A DNA stretch of 64,000 nt from Acidobacteriota bacterium. Lineage in GTDB: Bacteria > Acidobacteriota > UBA6911 > RPQK01 > JAJDTT01. The notes beneath the pieces were generated by a model. It saw nothing but the letters and a program-made list of their open reading frames with translations, had not been told where the DNA came from and did no database searches. The stretch lies in contig OZ253580.1 of the NCBI GenBank assembly GCA_965263035.1, positions 1,696,001 to 1,760,000 of the forward strand. Direction: 5' to 3'. The translations under genes were made by a program, and so were the position numbers. This document shows positions 19,443 through 29,142 of the stretch, piece after piece. Positions within the stretch are counted from its first letter, which is position 1, and each line of letters begins with the position of its first letter.

Positions 19443-21016
19443 CCCGAATTGTCCTGGATCCGAAATCGGATGCTCATATCCTTGGTCTGGCCCGAGATCA
19501 GGTCCTGAACGGAGATCTCGGCGCGGTAGTCCCCGACGCCGTCGATATAGAGATGGGTAGAGGCCGAAGCCCGTTCCCCCAGGTAGGTCAGACCGACGTG
19601 ATCCAGACGGATCTCCTGGACCACCCGCCCCTCCCGGTCCAGAACGCGCAGCGGAATCTTCAGGTCCGCCTCGCCGGTGGCGGCGTCCACGGAGAAGTTG
19701 TAGATCTCGAAATAGAGTCCGACCCGTTCTCCGGCCGGAAACGTATTCTTCTGGAGGTTGGGATAGACCTTCAGTCCGGACAGCGTGGCGAAGGGCTCCA
19801 GTGGATTGGCCTCCTTCTGGACTCGAATCCGATCCGCCAGGATCAGCGAACTGGTGAAGAGTTCCTTCCCCGGCTTGGGCGGCACCACGATGGAATGGAC
19901 CGAGGTGCCGATCTTCCCGGAGTGAACGTCGCGGACCACCCAGTCCAGCTTGTAGCGGCCCGACTTCAGGGGAATCGTGTGTTGGTAGAGAGACTTCCCC
20001 TGTTCCACGAACGGGCGGTAGCCGGTGTCCTCCACGTAGACCTGGTCTTCGAACTCGTAGACGATCTTCCCCAGGAGGTCATGAACGGCGCCGTAGATCT
20101 CGACGCGGGCCTTGCGGATTTCGTTCTCCGGCTGATAGGTCAAGAGCCGGTTCCAGATCTGAAGCGTGGCCGGCACCATGAATTGCTCCGCATTGACCCA
20201 GACGATGGCCGCGCGGGTGTCGACGGGCAACTCCTCGTAGTGGATGCGCGTCCCGACGACTTTCTGCAGGTCCTTGTACTTGATGTTGGGAGGAGTGAGC
20301 GCCCGGAAGTAGTCCTCGATGCGCTGGAGGTTGCTCTTGTTGATGCCGAGACCGGTGTGATCCAGAGGCCTCAGAATGCCCTGCTGCCGGATGCGGTCGA
20401 GGCGCGTCCTGGATCCGAAGACCTCGTCCATGGTCAGCCCGTAGCCGGTCATGAGCAGAGCGTCCTTCTCGTCCGGGGTGAGAGCCAGGCGGTAGTTGCC
20501 GTTCATGCCGGAGTCCACGAACTCGAACAGGATGTCGTTTCCCAGGCCTTTGATGTAGCGATAGTTCCAAACCTCGTAAGGGAAAGTAGTGGTCGACCCA
20601 CCGCCTTCGGAAAGCGGACGGTTGTGAAGTCCGCCCATGGGATGCATTTCGATGTGGGCCGGTGGGCCGAAAACGATATAGATCCGTCCCCGATCCGTGA
20701 GCCACCCGTCACGCCCCGCCTTGAAGCGCTCATTGGCGTACGCGATGCGGCGGTAGTGCTCCTCCTTGAATTCGTTTATGGACGTTCTGGGATCGGGATC
20801 CCGGCGCAGCCAGAACTGCTCGATGAACCGCTCCTTTTCCTCCGGCGAGGAAAGTGTCTGGAAGACGCTCTTTTCTTCCGGATTGACGATGTAGCGAACG
20901 TCCTCATCCAGCCACTTTCTGAAGTACTGCTCGGATTCCTCGTCTCTGACGGATTGGCCGAGGGAGACGGAAGTAATTAGGAGAAAGAGACAAATTCCCG
21001 GAATTGCCGGACCCAT
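19439..21016 (-). CDS. GWxTD domain protein (paralog of 9742-11325)
   Basis: GWLTDRGRIYIVFGPP, collinear similarity to the first copy. Its stop overlaps the next gene's start. Confidence 0.92.
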   Translation of the reverse strand: MGPAIPGICLFLLITSVSLGQSVRDEESEQYFRKWLDEDVRYIVNPEEKSVFQTLSSPEEKERFIEQFWLRRDPDPRTSINEFKEEHYRRIAYANERFKAGRDGWLTDRGRIYIVFGPPAHIEMHPMGGLHNRPLSEGGGSTTTFPYEVWNYRYIKGLGNDILFEFVDSGMNGNYRLALTPDEKDALLMTGYGLTMDEVFGSRTRLDRIRQQGILRPLDHTGLGINKSNLQRIEDYFRALTPPNIKYKDLQKVVGTRIHYEELPVDTRAAIVWVNAEQFMVPATLQIWNRLLTYQPENEIRKARVEIYGAVHDLLGKIVYEFEDQVYVEDTGYRPFVEQGKSLYQHTIPLKSGRYKLDWVVRDVHSGKIGTSVHSIVVPPKPGKELFTSSLILADRIRVQKEANPLEPFATLSGLKVYPNLQKNTFPAGERVGLYFEIYNFSVDAATGEADLKIPLRVLDREGRVVQEIRLDHVGLTYLGERASASTHLYIDGVGDYRAEISVQDLISGQTKDMSIRFRIQDNSG

Positions 21017-21078
21017 GGGTTGCCGAAGAGTATAACGAATGACCATCTCCCGCGGTAGCGAGCCCGTTCCACCCCATG

Positions 21079-21138
21079 GGAGCGGGGACATTGTTGTCCC
21101 CGGGACTCCCCGGAATCGGGGGTTTCAAACGCCGCTCC
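21079..21138. repeat. REPIN
   Basis: GGAG-CGGGGACATTGTTGTCCCCG ... CGGGGGTTTCAAACGCCG-CTCC. Confidence 0.7.
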
Positions 21139-21141
21139 TAT

Positions 21142-21170
21142 TTGACATTGCGACCCACCCTTCATATTCT
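21142..21170 (+). promoter_or_regulatory. Sigma70-type promoter of the cocE-cocE-sulfatase cluster
   Basis: TTGACA-17 nt-TATTCT, 60 nt upstream of ATG 21231. Confidence 0.7.
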
Positions 21171-21230
21171 GAGCCGCAAATTTTCACTCAGCTTCCAGTC
21201 CAATCAATCAGCAAGAATGGGAGGTCGCTC

Positions 21231-23147
21231 ATGAGGGGTTCGTCGTGGACTCTGCTGTTCACAGTGGGACTCTGCTGTGTTGGCTTTTCGGCCGCCGGGC
21301 CGACGGTGGAGGGTAAGACCATGGATGTCGTCGTCTTGAAGGATGTCATGGTCCCGATGCGGGACGGAGTCGAGCTGGCGACGGATCTGTACCTGCCCGC
21401 AAAGGACGGCCGACCGCTGGAGGGCAAGTTTCCGGTGGTCCTGCAACGGACGCCCTACGACAAGGAGAACCAGTTCTACAAGGACCCGGCCACCTTCTTT
21501 GCCAGCCACGGTTACCTGTCGGTGATTCAGGACTGCCGGGGGCGGTTCCGATCGGGAGGCGAATTCTTCCCCATGCGGGACGAGGCGGAGGACGGCTACG
21601 ATACGGTGGAATGGCTGGCCCGGCATCCCTCCAGCAGCGGAAAGGTGGGAACCTACGGAGTCTCCTACATGGGTTGGGTGCAAATCCAGATGGCGACGCT
21701 GAATCCGCCCAGCCTGGCCACCATGATCCCTCACACCGGACCGAACAACGCGTACTACTACAGCATGCACGTCGGTGGGACCCGAACTCTGGGTCTGTTG
21801 AGGTGGCACCTGCACATGGCCACTACGAGTTGGGAGGCTAAGGAGAACCCCTCCATCGTGGAAGCCATAAAGCCGATGCTGACCTCCAAGGGGTTTCTGC
21901 AGTGGGCGTCACGGATTCCATGGCGGCGCGGGCAGACGCCGCTGAGCGTGGCTCCCAGGTACGAGGACGCCGCTTTCCAGTTCTACTTCGACAACAACGA
22001 CTACACCGAGTTCTGGCAACGGCCCGGCTTGGCCATGGACGAATACTTCGACAACTATCCGGACATTCCCATCATGTGGGTCACCGGATGGTACGAAGTC
22101 TACGCCCGCTCCATCGTGGACGGCTACCTGGAGATGCTCAAGCGAGGCCGCCGCGACCAGTATCTTGTGGCCGGCCCCTGGACCCACGCCAACTGGGATC
22201 CCTACAACGGGGACGCCAACTACGGCGCCAAGGCGGGGCTCATGCCACCCAACGATCTCGAATTCCTCGACTACGAGCTGCAGTGGTTCGATCGCTGGCT
22301 CAAGGGGGACGAGAGCGCCGAGCTCGGCCATCCGGTGAAGGTGTTCGTGATGGGCGGCGGTGACGGCGGGCGCGGTGAAAAAGACCGGATGAACCATGGA
22401 GGCGCCTGGCATACCGGCGACGAATGGCCCGCCGTCGATACCTCTGCCAGGAAATACTATTTCCACGGCGACGGCACGCTGGCGGCAACGAAACCCAGCG
22501 GCGGCGCCGATTCCACCACCTACACCTACGACCCTCGAAACACGGTCCACAGCGACGGCCGCTGCGAGATCGCCTACGGACCGGCGTCCGAACTCGGGTT
22601 CCGGGGAATGGGACCCTACAATCAGATTCAGATGGAGACCCTCCCGGGCCACGGGATACCCGGACTTCCCACCGCCTCCCGTCCCGACGTGCTGGTCTTC
22701 CAGACGCCTCCCCTCTCCCGGGATACCGTCGTGGCGGGCAATCTTCGAGCCGTGCTCTACGTGTCGTCCGACGCTCCCGACACCGACTTCTTCGTCAAGC
22801 TGATCGACGTCTATCCGGCCAGCGAGGATTACCCTGCCGGCTACGCCTTCCCCGTCACCGACGGAATCATTCGAGCCCGGTACCGGAACAGCTTCAAGAC
22901 GCCGGAGCTGATGGAGCCGGGCACCGTGTATGAGATTCGCCTGCCGATTCAGCCGGCGGCCAACCTGTTCAAGGCGGGCCATCGCCTCCGGGTGGACATT
23001 TCCAGCAGCAGCTTTCCCAACTTCGATATCAACCGGAACACGGGCGACCCGCTGAGCCGGCAGTGGCGCATCGCCAACAACACGGTTTATCACGGCGGCA
23101 AACACGCTTCCTTCATCGAGTTGGCGATTCAGGAGAGGCGTCCATGA
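21231..23147 (+). CDS. CocE/NonD family hydrolase
   Basis: Signal peptide, VPMRDGVELATD, RTPY, GVSYMG, GPWTH, SSSSFPNFD. GGAGG RBS. Confidence 0.92.
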   Translation: MRGSSWTLLFTVGLCCVGFSAAGPTVEGKTMDVVVLKDVMVPMRDGVELATDLYLPAKDGRPLEGKFPVVLQRTPYDKENQFYKDPATFFASHGYLSVIQDCRGRFRSGGEFFPMRDEAEDGYDTVEWLARHPSSSGKVGTYGVSYMGWVQIQMATLNPPSLATMIPHTGPNNAYYYSMHVGGTRTLGLLRWHLHMATTSWEAKENPSIVEAIKPMLTSKGFLQWASRIPWRRGQTPLSVAPRYEDAAFQFYFDNNDYTEFWQRPGLAMDEYFDNYPDIPIMWVTGWYEVYARSIVDGYLEMLKRGRRDQYLVAGPWTHANWDPYNGDANYGAKAGLMPPNDLEFLDYELQWFDRWLKGDESAELGHPVKVFVMGGGDGGRGEKDRMNHGGAWHTGDEWPAVDTSARKYYFHGDGTLAATKPSGGADSTTYTYDPRNTVHSDGRCEIAYGPASELGFRGMGPYNQIQMETLPGHGIPGLPTASRPDVLVFQTPPLSRDTVVAGNLRAVLYVSSDAPDTDFFVKLIDVYPASEDYPAGYAFPVTDGIIRARYRNSFKTPELMEPGTVYEIRLPIQPAANLFKAGHRLRVDISSSSFPNFDINRNTGDPLSRQWRIANNTVYHGGKHASFIELAIQERRP

Positions 23148-24961
23148 TTCGCATGACTCGCCACTGGACGCGAGGGCTTCTTGTCATGTGCCTGCAATCC
23201 ACACTCATCTCGCCGTCCTTGGCCGAGAGACCGGCCTGGAAGGACCTGCTGTCTCCGCCGGAACACAGCCCCGCCACGCTGATCGACGTCCGGGTGCCCA
23301 TGCGGGACGGGGTGTCGTTGTCGGCGGACGTCTATCTCCCCAGGAAGGAAGGCCGGTGGCCGGTCATTCTGGAGCGGACGCCGTATGGCAACAGCTCCGA
23401 CTGGTACGTCAACCGGGCCTTGTATTTCGCCCGGCGCGGTTACGTGTACGTGCTCCAGGACTGCCGCGGCCGTTTCGATTCGGATGGCAAGTGGTCCGGG
23501 TGGATCGTGGAGATCGAAGATGGGCGCGACACGCTGGACTGGTGCGGCACGCAGTCCTGGTCGGACGGCAACGTGGGCATGATGGGGATGTCCCACATGG
23601 GACTCACCCAGTGGAAGGCAGCTCAGACCGGTTCACCCTACCTGAAAGCCATCGCCCCTCAGATGGGGCCGGCCGACGAATACCTGTACGGGATGAACTA
23701 CAGCGGGGGCGCCTTTCTGCTGCAGATCGGCATTCCCTGGTCCATCGGCGTCCGCGGGCGGACCCAGCAGACGCGCAAACCCTATGAATGGGACAAGCTG
23801 TTTCGCCACCTGCCCATTCTGACGGCCGACGTCGAGGCCACGGGGAAACCGATCGGTTTCTACCGCGACTGGATCCAGCATCCGAGCTACGACGAGTTCT
23901 GGAAGAAGGCCAGTAATTACGGGCACTTCCGCGAAATGGACATCCCCATTTTGCAGGTGAGCGGCTGGCTCGACCTGCACGCCAAGTCGCTGTTCGCCAA
24001 CTACGAGGCCATACAGCGGGAGGGCACCGAGCGCGCCAAGCGTTTGCAGAAGGTGGTGGTGGGCCCCTGGGTTCATACCGATCGGCCCAAGCAGGGATAC
24101 GGAGTGCTGGATTTCGGAGTCGAATCGATCATCGATCTCTATGCGCTCTACCTGCGCTGGATGGACCGGTGGCTGAAGGGGATCGAGAACGGGGTCGAGA
24201 ACGAGCCCCCTCTTAAACTGTTCATGATGGGGAAGAACCGCTGGCGAACCGCCGACAAATGGCCTCTCCCCGAGACCCAATGGACACCCTTCTACCTGCG
24301 CAGCGGCGGGCGGGCCAATTCCCTCTACGGCGACGGCACCCTCTCCACCGATCCGGCGCCCGACGGCGAGTCGGCCGACCGTTACACCTATAATCCGGAG
24401 GACCCGGTCCCGACTCTGGGGATGGACCCCAACGGCGAGGTGGCGCCCCTGGACCACCGGCCCGTGGAGAACCGGGACGACGTTCTCGTCTACAGCACCG
24501 ACGTCCTGGAAGAAGAGCTGGAAGTGACGGGGCCGATACAGGCCAGCATCTACGCCAGCAGCTCCGCTCTGGACACGGACTGGACCGTCAAGCTGCTGGA
24601 CGTCTACCCGGACGGGAAGGCGGTCAACCTCTGGGACGGCATCCTCCGGGCGCGTTACCGGGAGCCCGCGGCCGTGAGGGCGGGCGTCCCGTCACCGGGA
24701 CAGTTCGAGAATCCCCAACTGCTGGAACCGGGGACGGTCTACAAATTCTTCATCGAGGTGGGCGTCGTCAGCAATGTCTTTCTCAAGGGTCACCGGATCC
24801 GCGTCGAGGTCTCCAGCAGCAATTTCCCCCGCTTCGACCGCAATCTGAACAACGGAGGAAGACTGGGCGTCGACACCGAGATTGTCGCCGCCCATCAGAC
24901 CGTCTACCACGATGCCGACCACCCGTCCCACATCCTGCTGCCGGTCATTCCGGAGCGGTGA
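23144..24961 (+). CDS. CocE/NonD family hydrolase
   Basis: ATGA overlap with the previous gene, RTPY, GMSHMG, GPWVH, SSSNFPRFDRN. Confidence 0.92.
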   Translation: MIRMTRHWTRGLLVMCLQSTLISPSLAERPAWKDLLSPPEHSPATLIDVRVPMRDGVSLSADVYLPRKEGRWPVILERTPYGNSSDWYVNRALYFARRGYVYVLQDCRGRFDSDGKWSGWIVEIEDGRDTLDWCGTQSWSDGNVGMMGMSHMGLTQWKAAQTGSPYLKAIAPQMGPADEYLYGMNYSGGAFLLQIGIPWSIGVRGRTQQTRKPYEWDKLFRHLPILTADVEATGKPIGFYRDWIQHPSYDEFWKKASNYGHFREMDIPILQVSGWLDLHAKSLFANYEAIQREGTERAKRLQKVVVGPWVHTDRPKQGYGVLDFGVESIIDLYALYLRWMDRWLKGIENGVENEPPLKLFMMGKNRWRTADKWPLPETQWTPFYLRSGGRANSLYGDGTLSTDPAPDGESADRYTYNPEDPVPTLGMDPNGEVAPLDHRPVENRDDVLVYSTDVLEEELEVTGPIQASIYASSSALDTDWTVKLLDVYPDGKAVNLWDGILRARYREPAAVRAGVPSPGQFENPQLLEPGTVYKFFIEVGVVSNVFLKGHRIRVEVSSSNFPRFDRNLNNGGRLGVDTEIVAAHQTVYHDADHPSHILLPVIPER

Positions 24962-24963
24962 CC

Positions 24964-25022
24964 GGAGCGGCGACTTCCCAGTCGCCGATAGGGGGGGTAG
25001 GGGGGACGGGAGTCCCCCCTCT
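24964..25022. repeat. REPIN
   Basis: GGAG-CGGCGACTTCCCAGTCGCCG followed by an inverted poly-G/ACGGGAGT/poly-C hairpin. Confidence 0.7.
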
Positions 25023-25070
25023 ACACCCTCCCCAACTCCACCCGTATCCCAAGGCGACTATATTGTGAGC

Positions 25071-26912
25071 ATGTTGATGCGTACTATCGTCCTGCTCGTA
25101 GCATCCATCGTCCCCGCCTTTGCCGACACTCCCAACATCCTGTGGATCAGCTCCGAAGACAACGGTCCCCACTTGGGCGTCTACGGCGACTCCTACGCCG
25201 ACACTCCGAACCTGGATGCCTTCGGCGCCCGCGGCATGATCTACCGCAACGCGTGGTCCACGGCACCCGTTTGCGCGCCTGCGCGCACCACCATCATCAG
25301 CGGCATGTACCCGCCGTCCACGGGGTCGCAGCACATGCGCTCGTCGACGCGGCTGCCGACGCGGATGAAGATGTTCCCCCAGTACCTCTGCGAGGCCGGC
25401 TACTACACCTCGAACAACTCCAAGGAGGACTACAACCTGGTCAAGCCCGGGAAGGTCTGGGACGAGTCAAATACCCAGGCGCACTGGCGCAAGCGGGCTC
25501 CCGGCCAGCCCTTCTTCTCGGTCTTCAATCTCACGGTCACCCACGAGTCCCAGATTCGGAGGCGCCCGCATACGGCCGTCCACGACCCTGCTTCGGTGCG
25601 GGTCCCCACCTACCAACCCGACACCCCGGAAACCCGGCGGGACTGGGCCCAGTATCACGACAAGATCACGGAGATGGACGCTCTGGCCGGCGACGTACTG
25701 GGACAGTTGAAAGAAGACGGCCTGGAAGAGGACACCATCGTCTTCTACTGGGCGGACCACGGGCCCGGCCTGCCCCGCAGCAAGCGTTGGACCTACAACT
25801 CCGGGCTGAACGTGCCGCTGATCCTGTACATCCCGGAGAAGTTCCGGCACCTGCGCCCGGCCGAGTACACCACGGGCGGGGAGAGCGGCCGCCTCGTCGG
25901 CTTCGTCGACTTCGCGGCAACGGTGCTCAGCCTCGCGGGCATCCGACCTCCGGATCACTTCCAGGGCCACGCCTTCGCGGGCAAGTACGAGGCTCCACCG
26001 CAACCGTACCTGTACGGATTTCGCGGACGCATGGACGAGCGTTACGACATGGTCCGCAGCGTTCGCGGCCAGCGCTACATCTACATCCGCAACTTCATGC
26101 CGCACCGGATCTACGGCCAGTTCGTCGAGTACATGTTCCGGACGACGACGACGGCCGTCTGGCACCAGCTGTACCACGAGGGCAAGCTGAGCCCTCCTCG
26201 CACCCACTTCTGGGAGACCAAGCCGGCCGAGGAACTCTACGACCTGGCGGAAGATCCCGATGAGACGAGAAATCTCGCCGACAGCCCCGAGCATACGGCG
26301 GTTCTGGAGCGCCTCCGGACCGCGCTACGCGAGTGGTCACTGTCGATCCGCGACCTGGGATTCCTGCCCGAAATTGCCATCCACGCGCGGTCGGGCCGCG
26401 ACGCGCCCCACACGATGGGGGCCAGCCCGGACAGGTACCCGCTGGAGCGCATCATGAGCATGGCCGAATTGGCTTCCTCCATGCGGGATGGCGTAGAGGA
26501 CGAACTCCGCGCCGGGTTCGCAGATCCTGACGGTGCGGTGCGCTATTGGGCGGCCCTGGGCACCTTGATTCGAGGCAAGAAGGCGGTTCGGTCCCTGGCC
26601 GAAACGCTCCGGAAGGCGCTCTCGGACGAGGACCCGGCGGTGCGCGTCGCCGCCGGAGAAGCCCTCGGACGCCACGGCAGCGACGCGGACTCCGAACGCG
26701 CGGTGGACGTGCTGGTAGGACTGGCCGATGCCGAAAAGCACGGCCTCCACGTCGCCATGATGGCTCTCAACGCTCTCGACTACCTGGACGGCCGAGCCGA
26801 GCCGGCGCTTGAGCGAATCCTCGCCTTGCCCCAGGAGCTGCCGGGAATGGACCGGCGGTTCCGCATCTATCTACCCAACCTCATCGCCAAGATCCGCTCG
26901 GACTTTGAGTGA
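25071..26912 (+). CDS. Formylglycine-dependent sulfatase with C-terminal HEAT repeats
   Basis: PNILWI..ED, TPNLD, CAPAR (CxPxR), ADHG, EELYDL..DP.E..NLA. Confidence 0.92.
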   Translation: MLMRTIVLLVASIVPAFADTPNILWISSEDNGPHLGVYGDSYADTPNLDAFGARGMIYRNAWSTAPVCAPARTTIISGMYPPSTGSQHMRSSTRLPTRMKMFPQYLCEAGYYTSNNSKEDYNLVKPGKVWDESNTQAHWRKRAPGQPFFSVFNLTVTHESQIRRRPHTAVHDPASVRVPTYQPDTPETRRDWAQYHDKITEMDALAGDVLGQLKEDGLEEDTIVFYWADHGPGLPRSKRWTYNSGLNVPLILYIPEKFRHLRPAEYTTGGESGRLVGFVDFAATVLSLAGIRPPDHFQGHAFAGKYEAPPQPYLYGFRGRMDERYDMVRSVRGQRYIYIRNFMPHRIYGQFVEYMFRTTTTAVWHQLYHEGKLSPPRTHFWETKPAEELYDLAEDPDETRNLADSPEHTAVLERLRTALREWSLSIRDLGFLPEIAIHARSGRDAPHTMGASPDRYPLERIMSMAELASSMRDGVEDELRAGFADPDGAVRYWAALGTLIRGKKAVRSLAETLRKALSDEDPAVRVAAGEALGRHGSDADSERAVDVLVGLADAEKHGLHVAMMALNALDYLDGRAEPALERILALPQELPGMDRRFRIYLPNLIAKIRSDFE

Positions 26913-26972
26913 CCGGCGCCAGCGTCGCAGACGGCACACAGCGGGTCGTCAACGATGCAGTTCCTGCTTGGT

Positions 26973-27374
26973 TCAGGAATATTCCAAGTCCAACAGCGGG
27001 ATGTCCATGGCGCGGGCGACGGTTGTCATCCGGCGATCGTAGCTCGCAAGTGCAACTGATTGTCCTTGCTTGCGCAGGAAATCGCAGGAGGCAAGATGCA
27101 AGGCATCGAGGGTGCGTACGAATACAGACACGGGAAAGGCATCCAGAGCACGCGCCAATACCGGTGGAGTAAGCTCCAGCAACGCGACTCGTCCGATGAG
27201 TCGAAGGGCCGCCTCACCGTGGGAATCGGCGAGTCTGCGGGCGTGTAGCTGGGTCCAAACCTCGTACTCCATCAAACGGCTTGACACCAGGATCTCGCTC
27301 CAAAGCGAGGCGGGTGGGCGACGATCTTCGGCCAGTAGCTGGGCAAGAGCGACGGAGGTATCGAGGTAGATCAT
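26973..27374 (-). CDS. vapC: PIN-domain (VapC-like) toxin
   Basis: MIYLDTS, E.EV, RTLDALHLA, SYDRRM acidic active-site motifs, 133 aa. Confidence 0.88.
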   Translation of the reverse strand: MIYLDTSVALAQLLAEDRRPPASLWSEILVSSRLMEYEVWTQLHARRLADSHGEAALRLIGRVALLELTPPVLARALDAFPVSVFVRTLDALHLASCDFLRKQGQSVALASYDRRMTTVARAMDIPLLDLEYS

Positions 27375-27664
27375 CGTTCGCTCCGGTGTTCTTCCAATTC
27401 GGCGAGAAGATCCCGGAGCGGCGCCACCGGTTCAGGTGTCGGCGGCTCACCATCGGATGGTAGTGCCGGGGGCGTCAACCAGCCCTTACGTACCGCCTCT
27501 GCGAGCAGCGCGTCGGCAAGAATCGGACTCCTCGTCGGTTTTGGCGGACCGATTTCGGCTACGACTCGGTCACGGTCTGTCACCAGAACGGTTTCCCCGG
27601 ATGCGGCCAGCCGTATGTATTCGCTTAAACGGCTGTTGAGTATCTTTATCCCTACCGATCTCAT
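27371..27664 (-). CDS. Phd/YefM-family antitoxin
   Basis: VGIK.L..RLSEYIR.A.SGE.VLVTDR.RVVAEI. ATGA overlap with the toxin gene. Confidence 0.88.
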   Translation of the reverse strand: MRSVGIKILNSRLSEYIRLAASGETVLVTDRDRVVAEIGPPKPTRSPILADALLAEAVRKGWLTPPALPSDGEPPTPEPVAPLRDLLAELEEHRSER

Positions 27665-27671
27665 ACGGAAT

Positions 27672-27700
27672 AAAGTAGCAACTGGTAGCTACCAGTTCAA
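27672..27700 (-). promoter_or_regulatory. TA promoter with palindromic operator, probably leaderless
   Basis: TTGAAC-17-TACTTT ends 7 nt before the ATG. Perfect 18-bp palindrome AACTGGTAGCTACCAGTT at 27680-27697. Confidence 0.7.
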
Positions 27701-27726
27701 GCTGTGCCCACGTGACCAATACGATT

Positions 27727-27800
27727 ATGGACCCGATGTTTCGCATCTATCTGCCGAAACTCCTCGCCAAGACCCGCTTGAACTTCGAGTGAGCGGCGCC
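27727..27800 (+). repeat. Diverged duplicate of the sulfatase 3' end (26847-26920)
   Basis: 61/74 nt identical by manual ungapped alignment. MDPMFRIYLPKLLAKTRLNFE* versus MDRRFRIYLPNLIAKIRSDFE*. Confidence 0.85.
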
Positions 27801-27823
27801 GGTGGCCCGACGAGAAATACGGG

Positions 27824-28942
27824 TCAGGCGGAACTCTTTTCTTTCTTCCAAAGTTTGTACAAACCCAGAGTCATCAACGGCACGATGTAGACCACCATGA
27901 ATCCCCAGCTGACCGCTCCGTAGCCCTTGGCGACCAAGTGGACCAGCCCGAATGTCGACAGCGCCAGTCCCACGAGGAGAAGACCTGTGGCAACCAGGGG
28001 CCTGACCCGTCGAGGAAGGTCTCTCCCCCGAGCCTGTAGAGCCGACTGCAAGCGTTGGTTGACGGAATGAATCATTCCCGTCCCGGTCTCGACCAGAGTT
28101 CCCAGCAGGACCACCTGAAAGACGATGAGGAAAAGGGGCAGTTGGGCTTCGCGCAAGATGTAGACCGCCGGGATCTCCTGGGAAAGCACCTGTGGATAGT
28201 GGCCGACGATGGCGAGGTAGAAGAGCAAGCCGGGGAAAATTCCGATCACGCCGCCGAGGAGACCTGCTCCGACGGCCTGCCGCCGGCTCTTGATGTGATG
28301 CGTGGCGAATAGAACCGCAGGAATCGCACCCAGGTTGTAGAAACCGTACTTGAACGCCCCCACGACCCAGAGGGAGGAATCGATCCCGGTGGAGAGGCTG
28401 TCTCGAATCTCGGCACCGAAGCGGAGGAAGCACAGAACGAAGAAGACCAAATAAACTCCGTAGAGGAGCAGCGACCACCCGGAGAGAAACTTCTCGATCA
28501 GGCCCGTTCCCTTGAAGGTGAGAAATCCGACGGAAGCCAGCATGATCGCGACCCCGAGCAGGTAGGGAAGGCCGAAGTTGTCACGCAATAGAACTCCCGC
28601 GGTGGAGCCGATCACCGCCAATACGATGAGCAGCAGAATCAGATAGAGAACTTCGAAGCTGTACCAGAAACGGCCCAGCAACTGGAGGAAGAAGGTTCGA
28701 TAGTCATGTGCCCGGTAGATCCTTGCGAATTCGATGGAGACGGCCAGAACCACCGACCACATCACGGTACTGATGAAAATCATTCCCAGCAGTCCGCCGA
28801 CGGGTCCGTAGTTGAGGAAGTACTCCACCATTTCCCGTCCCGTCCCGTATCCCCCGGCGATGATCACCGACTGGAATACGATTCCGGGTAGCACGTAGGC
28901 CTTGAACACGGACGTGAATCTATTGCGTTGCACGGCAGTCAT
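27824..28942 (-). CDS. YkvI-like polytopic membrane protein (putative amino-acid transporter)
   Basis: FQSVIIAGGYGTGRE.VEYF motif, about 10 hydrophobic segments. Confidence 0.8.
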   Translation of the reverse strand: MTAVQRNRFTSVFKAYVLPGIVFQSVIIAGGYGTGREMVEYFLNYGPVGGLLGMIFISTVMWSVVLAVSIEFARIYRAHDYRTFFLQLLGRFWYSFEVLYLILLLIVLAVIGSTAGVLLRDNFGLPYLLGVAIMLASVGFLTFKGTGLIEKFLSGWSLLLYGVYLVFFVLCFLRFGAEIRDSLSTGIDSSLWVVGAFKYGFYNLGAIPAVLFATHHIKSRRQAVGAGLLGGVIGIFPGLLFYLAIVGHYPQVLSQEIPAVYILREAQLPLFLIVFQVVLLGTLVETGTGMIHSVNQRLQSALQARGRDLPRRVRPLVATGLLLVGLALSTFGLVHLVAKGYGAVSWGFMVVYIVPLMTLGLYKLWKKEKSSA

Positions 28943-29142
28943 GAGATCGTGGCCGGACGTCTTGTCGAAAACATCGGCAGAGTCCGGTTTCTATACGATA
29001 AATATTTATATATCAATATCTTAAAGAGTGCCTAAAGTACGATCTTATGGCCGCAGAGTGTATCAGAACAAAGAGGTGGGTTCACAATATGGGCCGCTCC
29101 AAGTCGCCCTGAATAAGATAGAGTACGCTGTCGCGCGGAATG

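Noticed and set aside
26913-27800. TA module as an integron cassette
   Set aside because: No attC-like RYYYAAC/GTTRRRY structure or integrase was found; the gene-end duplication explains the boundaries.
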